Source of the DNA: Phoronis australis
Lineage: Eukaryota > Animalia > Phoronida
Direction of reading: 5' to 3'
Length of the DNA stretch: 64,000 nt
Assembly: GCA_002633005.1 (NCBI GenBank)
Contig: NMRA01000088.1
Span: 804,535 to 868,534 of the forward strand
Part shown: one piece after another, positions 12,501-24,500 of the stretch
How positions within the stretch are numbered: position 1 is the stretch's first letter
Layout: every line of letters starts with the position of its first letter
Translations under genes and position numbers: made by a program
Notes under the pieces: model-generated
What the model was told of the DNA's origin: nothing
Seen by the model: only the letters and a program-made list of their open reading frames with translations
Databases searched by the model: none

Positions 12501-15500
12501 TTGGTTTCCCATGGTTACAATTAGTTTGCTATAAATAAATCCAAGTAAGCATATAGCTGGTTCTGTTCTTTGTTCCATAAACGTAGGTTTGTTAATATGA
12601 GTGAAGCTAATTGTGCTTCACTTGTAATTTACGGATGTATCTCCAGAACTATTGCGTCATCTTTCACAAGACTTGCATCTACGGAGTGAAGACCTGGTCT
12701 TTGCCTGAACTCGTTTGGTATCTAGTCTAACTGCTTTAAGAAAAAATGCCTGTGCCAATTATCCCAATATGGCGAAGAGATATCAAGTCAAAAACACGAT
12801 CGACTCCCTCCCCTTCCCTCGTCTCCTGCTCCCTCCCTCATTTCTTCCTCCCTCCTGCTTGTCTCCCTCCCCCTTTCTCCCTCTCCTTCTGGTCTCCCTC
12901 CTGTCTGTCCCCTTTATCCTCCCCTCCTTCTTTGCCCTTCCNNNNNNNNNNNNNNNNNNNNNNNNNNNNNNNNNNNNNNNNNNNNNNNNNNNNNNNNNNN
13001 NNNNNNNNNNNNNNNNNNNNNNNNNNNNNNCCCTCCCCCCTCTCCCTGTCTCTCCCTCTCTCTATCCCCCTCTCCCTCCCTCTTTCTCTCGACAGAGTAA
13101 TACGATCAGGAGGGTGACCAAAGTACAAACTAGCCAACTTGTTTTGAAGCATTATTAAAATCTTGGCAGATAAAGTCACACCATGGTGTGTCTGACGTAA
13201 TACAACCCATGACTCACAAGCTGGCACTACCTCTCTGCATGTGCTCAATACAAGATTCAGTGAAAGCTCTGATTTGTGCTATCATCAGACTGCCGACAAT
13301 TAATAATGATGTTATCTGATCAAATCTCAAGTGTTTGGGTTGTTTCTGCCACTTTGTAAATAATATAATCAGTAGTTGCTCTCATGCTAAACCATAAACC
13401 AGGCATGTAGTAACACGCCATTCTGACATTAATCACCTGACGATCTTTTTGTAGATCTGAGTCAGTAGTAAGAGCGTGATCATTATTTCTTAATTCGCAA
13501 GACTAAGAAAATCAGAACAGTTATTGCTCTGCCTGATGTTTTGTAACTGTTGACAAGAAGTTGTCGAGAATTAGTGGAATGACCTTCGACCCTACCAATG
13601 ACTCTTGACACTATACCTGGCCGCCTAGTCTGGATGTCTAACTACACAACTTAATGGTTATTTAAGTAACAAGTGATCCCTGTGTGAAGTGATTAATAAA
13701 CTTTGTGATATCAGTTTTCATGTTAGTTACTCATACATGTCCAGTAGACATGGGGTGAAGTCAAAATTTGTGCCCTGTTGGGAGAGCCAGAACGGGGGAT
13801 AGCCGGAAAGGCAAATTTGTTCTGACTCTCCCCAGCGTCAAAACGCTAGCTTTGCCCTTCATGAAAGTATGGCCATAATTTTACACACTATTAATTAGTA
13901 GTTAAAATCGGATTTTCTTATTCAGTCTTATGAAAATACATATATTTTAAGTCTGACAAGAGTAAAATGTTCGACTCAAAATAGTGGGCCAGTGAAATTT
14001 CTCTTATTTGAGAAATTTTATTATTATTACCTACCACTAGTACTCTTACCACGCACAATAACTGGTGCCACGGGAACTTAACTCCAACCAATCTCTGGAA
14101 CTTATACCACGGACAATATTTAGCGCAATTGATAGAAGTGACCCAGTTGCTGGGTGTTAGTTTTTATTCACTTGCACTAAAACTTTTCTGTGGTAGGAAT
14201 GACTTTGGTTGGAGCTCAGGTTCCGTGCCGAAAGTCTTTTGTGCGTGCGAAGCTTTTGTGGTGTGTGGTTAGGGTGTGTACCCTTCATTGGAGTTATTCG
14301 GTGGTGCTGTATTTGTAAGTTGCTCACTTTTTCCAAAAAGAAAAGAAAATCCACCCGAGACGAGCAAAAATGATGTGATTACTCATTGCTTTCTAAATTA
14401 CGGCGTTTCAAACCTTGCTCACCCTTGCTTCTGGTCCTTTGCGTGGTTTTCAAACTATGAGATCTTGGCCGTTACCAACAATGTTTTTTGGCCTAATAAG
14501 CTTTTTAAGTGACAATTACTGAGAATTATTTTTGATCAAAGTTGGCAACCAGGAGCCAACACAATGTACATTAATTCTCCACGTATTTTGCACAAACATA
14601 ATTGCCAAAATGGCCATTTTTCCAGTTTCAATGGCTCATTATCTTTTTGCAAATAATGGGAGTCTGAGCAAATGCTGTTTCGTTACATCAACACATTACA
14701 GTCTGTGTTTGAAACAGACCAAAGTGTTCTCGTAATATTTATTTTTGTGGCGAAATTTTACAAATATAATTTCAATTGTCGGCCATCTTGCATACTCAAC
14801 AAGTGAAGAATTACGGTAGTATTGTTAGTGAACATTGCAGTTATAAAATGAATTTCAGAATTACCTGCTATTGGTTCAAACCAGATTTGTGTTCAGTAAC
14901 GCAAGGACCTCGCTAAAATCTAGCCAAAATCACGTGTTTTCATTTAACAATATATAGCAATATCTCACGTAATCTCACAAAGTCTTGCTTTTTACCGAGA
15001 CCCTACCATTATTGGACAAAACCCAGTGTTCATTATATTGTGGTCGGAGGTAGTAATCTGCAGTTCAGGTAATTGTGCGTGTTAGATATGTCAAACTGTT
15101 TTTATGCTTTGTAAAACTGGTCAAAACTGGTGCTGTCGCTGCCTTCTGCTTGAGCTGTAAGAAAACGCCTGCTTCTCACCTGACCATTGTGTGGGTGAGG
15201 ACGTGATGTCTATTCTGTCTGCACTGAACTGTGATGGGATCTGTATCTCCTTCAAATAATGGATTGCCTAATCTAACCACTTACCCATGTTGACCTTACA
15301 ATCTCTCTCATTTCACACTTGACCTTTGACCAGCACCCAATGACCCAGACTTGGTTGTTGGTTGGTCTTGACTAGATGGCAACATGTACATTACTGGATG
15401 AATTGTTCTGCTGGCAGAAACTAAACTGTGTGGTGTTGGGTTGTTTTTTTTTCCAAAAAATATTAATTGAGTCACCAGAGAGAAGAAACTGAGTAAATTG

Positions 15501-18500
15501 TCAAACTATTATAGAACGTATCATTAGTTTCATTGTGGATAGAAAAGAGCAATTCCGATTAACTATTTAACTTACTTCAAATACATACGAATATATCAAT
15601 CTTAAACCGTCGTGGAAATGTATATCACAAACATTTCAAAGTCTGGTCAGGACGCCATTTGTTGGCCACACAGGCCTTTATCCAGGATTTCGAAAATAGG
15701 GTGTCCAAAATGGGGTTCCCAATTTTCCAGGACGTCCATAATTCCGACGCGTAACCCCCCACCCCCAGCAGTCCCCCCAAACACACAATTTTTTTACAAA
15801 AAAATGCACAGACCAAGGTTTTTACATCTAACTTTACAAAACAGCCTTCTGTAGTGAGCATTTTTAATAAAAAAATTGGTGTAGACCAAGACTTTTACAA
15901 TGCTATCAACCAAGTGTGAGCATAGCAACATTGTATATTAGTCGGTGGGCCAGATTTTGTAGGGCCTCTAGAAAATGGTTTTTGTGAGTACTTTAGGGGG
16001 GCAATTTTATTTTGGTGTTTTTTAATTCATTTATTAGAGTGTTTTCAAAATCTAAAAAGTTCCCACATATAAAGTTGCACATTTTTGAGAAATTTGAGTT
16101 TGAAGTTGCCTAATAATCACCAAAGAGCTTAGTAAACTTATATTTGTAAAAACAACAGTTTTGGTGACCTTTTTTGTAAANTGCCCCCCCAAAGTACTCA
16201 CAAGGATGAACGCTACGAGATCTGGCCCACCGACTATATACTTTATATATATATTGTATATTACTTCCTGCTTTGAAAAAAGAGCCCCCACTGAGCCTTC
16301 ACATTACAATGTGTGTGTCCAAACTTGAAAGGTTCCTATTGACAGTGGGCATCCAAATGATACATTGGGCATCCTCGCCAGAGTGTCCATATTAGTGCTA
16401 GGGCGTCCATTTGGACGCCCAGGACGTACGCTGCAGAAAGGCCTGTGGCCATATCACGTGACTGAATGTACATAAGTCTGAAAAGATTTCTACCCCAACT
16501 GGGACTCGAACATTTTGATCCTGGTATGAGACATACATTTTAGTATGTGCACACAGGAGTTCAAGGGCGGGATGCCCACTACTAAGTCTGATTGTATTTC
16601 TGTATTCGACTGGTTGTCCCGATAGCTCAGTGGTCTAGAGTGTCTGCACCGTTAGCTGAAAGTCCTGTGTTTGAGTCCCAGTTGGGGCAGAAATCTTTTC
16701 AGACTTATGTTCACTAGGTCACGTGATGTGGCCACAGGTGGCGTGCGGACCAGACTTAAGGTAATTAATTGAGAATTCAAGTTCTTTCTTTAATCATTAA
16801 TGTTAAATTCTTAGTTTATTATTATTATTACCAAGATGTGTTATACTTGAATTTGTTTTTGTTTTAATTTCTTTCATTGTACTGTCTGTTGTAATTTCAT
16901 TATTCAAGCCACGGTGAAATTCCTACTGCAATTAACTCGAGTTGTATTTCTTTAGCAATCCCTTGTTTTTTCACGAAGTCACTCGTGCAGGGTTTCAGAA
17001 AAGGCCAGTTTTTTATTGCCTACTAAACTCACTTTTCTTTGAGTTGCCAATGACTAAAACATTTCACTATTGATGTCACGAGATATCAATATTGAAATGT
17101 AGGGAGAAACCTATGAACCTTGTTGGTAAACCAGTCTCTGAGAAAGCGAGTTTGATTTTGATCCTGACAGATTCTTATAGCTTTATGTTGTGTTATTATT
17201 GTGAAAGTGATTAGCTACAACACTGTGAGCCATGGCAAAAGTCTTTGGTTTATTAGTCAAGCATGCTGTGACTAACTGGGTTGAACTGAATCTCACCTGT
17301 TAATCACTTTGTCGTCAACAGGTTAATTGGCCATCCAGGTGTTCTGTGGGAAATCTGACAGTTATTCGTTTATTTAGTGGGAATTAGGTGGTGACTGAGC
17401 ACTCTCAAACACCCTGTTTATTTGATTTTAATGTTTTTCATTATGTAGTACTAATTGAAATTGTGTGTGTGTGTGTGTGTGTGCGTGTGTGTGTATGTGT
17501 GTGCGTGCGTGTGTGCGTGCATGTGTATATGTGTATGGTAATTGGTTTTACGTAACATAACCAAGTCTTTTACTAGATGTTAGCTTGTTTGTACTGGCCT
17601 TTGAACACAGGTTGTGAAGATGGTTCAGTTTTGACTTGAAGTGTAACTGCTATGGTGGACTGCGTGCTCTTATTGTTTCAGTTGCAGCGGATGATACTGG
17701 TTGATGTATCCTCCCCATTTGAGTTCATACAATCTCTATGTCTTACTATTTTTACAACCTGAAAGAATGTTGTAGGAAGCCTAATAATTCTCCCTTAAAC
17801 TTATAGTTTTGTTTAATACTATTTGCTTATAAGAAATCATAATTACATGGAAATTATTGTGTATATTTCAAAGTCAAACCCTTGCCATGCATTTTTTGTA
17901 AGTTGGCAGCACGTTTTCTTTACGTATAGTGCTATTAGCATGACACTGGCTTCAGCTCATTCTAGCCACCTAGAATCCTCTCCTAAGTTCACAGGTTGTG
18001 TTCTTCAGAACTTAGGAGATAACTCTGAGGAAGCTAGAATGAACAAGAAGCCATGTAGTGTTCATTAGCACATGTATTATGTGACATTTTTTAAACGCTT
18101 TGACTTTTGACCCAGCGAGTAGTTTTGATTATTATTCCTCAGTTCTGTCAAATTTTACATTCGAGATGTAGGGAATATGGCGAACTTTATAAATATGTCA
18201 AAATTTCACTGATTTCATAAATAGGTAAAAAAGCAGTTGGTTCTGGACTGTATCCCTAGTCATTTTGAAACCTGCACTTTCTAATTAAAAAAGCACCCGC
18301 CCGTGTAAATTTCAGCCAAGATTTTGTAATTTGCTTGAAAAGTCACAGAAACCCATAGTTGTCAAATAATCCCCCTATTGACATAAGTTTGGTGACCCTG
18401 TACAGTGAGAGTTGATAGTAAAGCCAATTTTGCTCTTTGTGTTATTTCTGGTTTTAAGTGCTGTTTGGTTTGAGGCACTTGTTCTGACAATTAAGCGGAT

Positions 18501-21500
18501 GTGGTTTTTCAAACTAATCAAGTTTTTGCTGTATTGTGTTTCATTTGTTTCTTCTGAAATATCATTGCCACAGTCATAATATATCATTTCTAAAGTTATG
18601 AGCTACGGAGCATTCAATGTTCGCCTAATTGGTGAATTGGTTTGGGTTTTACCATCATTGACTGTTCTGTTCAGGATTTGTCATTGGTGTACGGCTTGCA
18701 TTAGCCCAGAACGGGTTTGAGAGTATGAATATTGACTGGCTTGGGTTCTTAATCATTAGGTGTGCGCTTCGTAATTGCTAATTAATTTGCTTGATGACTG
18801 TTTGACTGTGTCTTCGCTTACTGGGAGTCATGTTGAACATTAGATGTGGTTGGCGTGAAACAATTCACACTTACCTGGTAGAGATCATACAAACGCCCCT
18901 GGGAGCTAAGTGAAAAAACACGGGTGTGCCTGTTTCAGGTCAGTGAGGTGAACTGCTCCGCTCGTTATCGTTAATGGTCGTTTGACGAGTTAAAGCCAAG
19001 GGAGGGCTGGCTCTGTTTGGGGGAACTGTCTAGCGGCAAGTTGATGTCATGTTAGCTACCAAAGTAGGTCACTCATCGCTAGTGGTCTTGAGATGGTGGT
19101 AGAGCACGCCCTAGGGGGTGTTCTTTGGGCAAACTTTAAGATTGTTTGTTGCCTAGGCCTAGAATTTTTGAGTTTAATAGCAAGGCTGAGGGGCCAGAGT
19201 TATTAGGAAGGTTGGTTAATGATTCACAGGCTTGTGCAAAATGTTTGGTAAGGACAACCAATGCCGATTTGAATCCCCCTGGTGTCAGTAAAGCCATGTC
19301 TGATTTCCTTTTGTTTTCTTCCAATAGAAAGATGTAAAAATTAAATTGAGTATGTGGTTGACGTTTGGCTTGTTTCTGTGCTTACTATATGCAGTAAAGT
19401 TTGGTAAGGGTTTTGATTTCTGAGAAGTCGTACATCTATTTTATTTATCTGTGAAGCCCTGTCATTTCTTGTCTTAATTCATTGGTAACAAGAAATAATT
19501 GGGAATGAAAAGTAAAATACGATTCAATAGTATTTATGGAAAATATTTTTTAAGTCGCGAAGACTTTTAGGGTTCATTTAATAATAGGGGTAATACGTTA
19601 TTTTGTGTGATATTGTCAGCTAGAAAAATCTTTTTCAAGATCACCCTAGCATAGAATTGAACCTGTAACTCTTGCGTCGTGGCCAAAGGGTCTGTAGGTG
19701 AAGGTAAACCCTATTCACTATGTTGTAGTCTGAGAGTGTTTTAAGTGGTCCATGGCTTGGAATTTTCCTCTTGAGTATTTCCTTTTTCTTGGTTTCAATT
19801 TTTTCTTATTTGATTCCCAGTTTCCTCTTTTTTGTCTCTTTTTAATTTTTATTTTGTCCATATTCATGCAAAAACGTTGTTTCAGTTAAATTTACAACAC
19901 GAAAATATTACTATCGCACAAGCCTGTTTATTTGTGGAACGATATGTTGCCTAGAAAATTTTCTTAATTTTTGTTATTGGTCATTCCAAGCCTTGTAAAT
20001 CATAGAATATAATTTCAGCGAATGTCTGGGGAAAATTAGCAATTTGAAATGAAATCATCAACAGATTTTATTGTTAAACAGTCGATGCTAATAACGTCAG
20101 AACGTCCATATCCATTCCAGAATTGTGTTTTTTTGCTATAAAAAGGATAAAGTCCCTTTAAGAGGAATTGATCAGGTGAAGTAAGTATTAATTGCCTTAC
20201 CACACGTGATGCATGCGTGCATCCCTTTGGAGATAATTACAAAATCACACTATAACTCGTAGCGTAATCAAAACTTTGCACCCTATAATCTCAAATTATA
20301 CGGAAGACATGTTTTAACAAGTGATGGAAAGATTAAACAGTGGTTGATAGTCAGTTGGCGTTGATTAGTGAGTCAGAGTGTCTAAACAGCATGTAGAACA
20401 GCAAGTGTCTTTTTAAAAAAATGGCAGAAACAGCTGAGCTTCACAATAGTGTCTTTAATGAGCGCGACCTATTGACCTTGGTGTTAGCATTGGCTGACCT
20501 GAGGAAGGTTGGATGTGTTTGGCAGAAACATTGTGGCTAATCAGTCTCGACTTTCTGAAACAGCAAATGCTACTGTTTTTACTTAGCGGAATTCTGGGTC
20601 TTCCGCCAAGTATGTTGGTCTGACATCAATTTTTTTTGTTTGCTCTCTAGAGCTCGCAATTTTCGTCCGATTCGCACGAAATTTGCACACGACGTGTAAA
20701 TCATTTTCATTGTTGGATCATTCGGTTTGTTGCCATTTGTTTACTGAGTGCAATGTTTTCTTATGCCTAAAGCCACATTTCTCCTCGATTAGCTTTTTAA
20801 AAAACGAATATAGAGTTTATAAGCCTTTTATCCTCATATTTGATCTCAATATTCCTTAACATAGCAGGATTCTGTTTCTATCAAGTCACAGACAATGTGC
20901 AGATGCGGCATTTTTTAATTTGCAATTTTAGGGTTGGCCAACCCTCATGAAGTCTCGAGCGTTTTATTGTCTAGCTGATAATATTGATGTTCTTGGTGGT
21001 AGCCGAAATAAAATACTATCTCAGCGAGGATTATTATGGGACCGATTTTACAAGTTAGAGTAAAAGGCCTAAATTTATTTTCATTTTTTAGTCGACTAAA
21101 CTGGAGGAAATGCCACTTTAAGGCTATTTACTACTTGCACACTTTGGTGGTGCTGCAAAAATGATTGGTGTGCATTGTTGTTTGGAACACATTGCCTCGT
21201 TTTAGAATTAATTTTAACAACGCAAACGTGAAAGCACACGAAGTTTGGACACAACACCTTGTTTTCAAATTCGTGCAGGTACTGAATTAAAACATCCGAA
21301 TGAATAAGTTCCACCGAAAGGTTAAAGTAATATCTCTACTTAATTGGCAAGTATCGAGATAATTGCCTAAACTCATTTTCTCAATTTTCAAGGCAGTTTC
21401 TGGAAATAATGGACAATTTCCCTCAAGTTGTGTTTTTTGATATCTACACAGTACAAACCGTGCTGGCAATAGACTAAAGCTTTTTCAATATTTATTTTTG

Positions 21501-24500
21501 AGGGGAAATTTGACAAAATAGGATTTCTCTTGTCGGCCATATCTTGTACCAAATAAATTGAGAACTACAATGTTGTAAAGGTTAGCATACACATTTTTTC
21601 TTGTTGTTCATCATGTTCACTTTGCACAGAGGGTCTGTTGTATTCAGTTTTCAGTTTCTCAATATATAATCCCAGGTCATAGACCGAATGTTAATCAGTT
21701 ATTGTAATTACAGCTGTCTTGTGCAGTATACGCACACACACATATATCCACCCTACATGATATTTTGACTCTTGATATCAATTTTAAAAAAATTAGATTG
21801 TAAATTTCATTCATTGTGGAATTTTTGGTGAAACATTTTGTATTTGAAAAACGACAATTCCTTTGTAGTATTTATTTTGAAAAAAAGGTGTCGCGTGAAA
21901 CAAATCCTTTGGGAAGATGTGTATCTAACTTGATTTTTGCTGCAATTATTTGTTGTTTCTTAAATAGTCTCTTTAATGAGTACATCCAATTTGGGAATTT
22001 GTCAAACGTGTTTGGCATCTGCCCACTTACGAATCTCAGTCACACTTTATGGTCATGATTATTTTCTTGTACATCAGTGAAAAATGATGCGAAATGCACC
22101 AAGTGTACTATTAGCTCCTCAAAAAGCACTTAACTGTTTTGATATATGCGCATGTCATGTGACAGAGCTCACCATTCACTAGGTGGCACTAGTGTCGACA
22201 ACTGCACTTGAAAAATGCATGCAACAAGGAAATGGTGCTGGGTCCCTCATCTAGCGTACACCAGCACGCCAGTGAAACTTTCTGTTGCTTGTCTATTCAG
22301 ATGATAAAAAGATGGCTCGTGGTTAGCACCACCTAGTGGTTGTCGAGAGTACCATGATTTTTAAAATGTTTGGCAACCGTGTGTGATTATTCCCACCATT
22401 CACATCACTGGGGTGTGTTGAATGAGGGCAGAATTGGGCTGCTAGGAAATCTCGCCAATTTCGGACAAAAATAGTTGCCAAAATTGTTAATTTCTTTTCA
22501 TATTTCCAGAGCTTCTACCATTGTAGTGAATGCCCACAATTTGTGTGTATAATAGTAACTGTAGTACCGAATTTGAAAATCATTCGTTTTGTGCTACTTA
22601 TCGCATATGAAAAAATGAAAAAAATACAATTTCACGTGACTGACAAATTGGGATGTTTAGTGTTATTTGGTCATTTTCAAGGCTCTGTCAAGTCACCTGT
22701 CAGTGGTGGAGTTGTGTGACACGTACAAATTTAGCTCGTAGTTTCGCTTCCCTAACGCTGGTGGGGTCTTACGCAACCCTGGATTGATCTTGTGTTTCGC
22801 CAAGTTCGATGACCGCCAACTTGTTAGTGTGCCTTTTGATATGCTATGTTAAGTGACACGCACTTTTGTAGCCATATTAGTGTAAGTAAATTGGTGGGTA
22901 ATTTTGTATCTGCTCATAATGCGAGTACGTTTTGTAACAAAATGAGAAAATAATCACTCGTACCCCCAACTGTGTCTCGGTACTTGGTGTGATTTTACAT
23001 TAAAGTCACGTGTACTTTTGTTGTAGGTGACTACTGAGCAAACACCGAAGACGCCATCGGTGGAGGAGCAGGAGCAGATTGAGGAAGGTTGGTTAGCAAC
23101 GTCGTAAGGAGAATTTATGCAAGCAGGCCGGTGGCCAACTTTTGGAGCCACAATAAAAAATGTCTACGGTTTATAGGGTTTCTGAAATTGAACATTCATT
23201 TATCAGCAGATATCATAGACTAGGCTTTATGAGGAACTGGACATGCTTTTTACTTATTTATGCATTGAACTTAAAACCAGAAAATCTCTCAACAAATGAT
23301 ATCGGTCCTTATAATATGTTGCTGATGTCGCTGACCCTAGGCTTATATATGGGGCAAAATAGGTCATTTTTCGAATGCATGGTCTGGGGCTTACTATCGG
23401 AAATTCCGAGTGTCACCACTGCTTATACTGCCGTTAGACGTTAACTTTGCCACGGCGTAAATTGCTGCAAGATGATCAGTTTCCGGTAAAAAATGTCTAT
23501 TTAGGACAAAGTAATTCTGTTGCTAAAACTGACGTTTTTCTAGTGTCCGAAGGCTTTCTACGTCACTGCAAATGCTTAGATTTTACCAAATGTTTGGTGA
23601 CAGCTCTATTGGGCAAAACATACCAGTAGCGAGGCAAAATTTCTTGAAGTGTTATTGCTGTTGAAAAATGTGACGAAATGAAATTCCTCTTGTCCGCCAC
23701 ATTGTGTCCCAAACTGCAAAGTTTTTACCATACATGGCATGCGAGTTATTTGATGGAATGTTAAAGGACTTCGCAATAAGCAATAATTACCTGAAACGCA
23801 TTAGAAGTGTAATTGCATGACATATTGCCCTTGTGTTTTGGAAACATGATTTCGAGTTCATTTTCGAGTAAGATTATACCCCTGGCCTAGGTGTATTGTT
23901 ATTAAGACTATGTTCTAAATCTTGTAGTGGAGAGTATCCTGGATGTTGATGTGCGTAACGTACCGTATCACGTGAAGCAAGCCGATTACATCCCATACAA
24001 GGAGAAGGTGACCCAAGAAGAAAAGTCCTACTACGTCCCGTCAGTTTTGGGAGGTGGGTAGTGGGCCGCTGTGATATGAGAAATGTGTGGCTACTGATCA
24101 GGCGGGACCGGAAACCCGTTGATGAGATACGTTCTTTTGTGTGTATAGTGTGTCAGATATACTGTTGGTCAAAAATTCAGCCATACAGTTTTGCCTGACG
24201 TGCGTTGTGTAGACGCGAAAATCTCCGAGGTAGCTCCATGCATTAAAAGCGAAGCACGTGACAATCTTGCGTCTACAGAACTCAACCGTCGTCAGTAAGT
24301 TGCAGGTTTGTGCACAAGAAAGGCTGCTGTGTAATTATTCAGGTTTATACCAAAAACGGCGTTTCGATAAAAAAGTACAAACTTTGAATTCAGCTGTAGT
24401 TAAGGGGAAAAATACCTCGGATTTGGCACTACTGTCTGCAACCTTTGAAATGAGAAGTTCTGCAGTGTTTGAAACAAGAAGTGCTGAAATGCTCTTACCT

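Noticed and set aside
12715-13248. Pro/Ser/Leu-rich and Arg/Gly/Glu-rich ORFs
   Set aside because: Translation of a CT-rich low-complexity tract plus an N gap.
16616-16689. Functional tRNA gene
   Set aside because: Mismatches in the anticodon and T stems, TTT instead of TTC in the T loop, a non-canonical anticodon loop and embedding in a repeat; kept only as tRNA-like.
19640-19695. Possible tRNA-derived SINE fragment on the minus strand (GGTTCAATTCT)
   Set aside because: Only a B-box-like motif; no A box or cloverleaf discernible.
12310-23026. Nested protein-coding gene or autonomous transposon in the two 10-kb introns
   Set aside because: No long ORF or recognisable transposase or reverse-transcriptase motif on either strand; short ORFs have non-coding composition.
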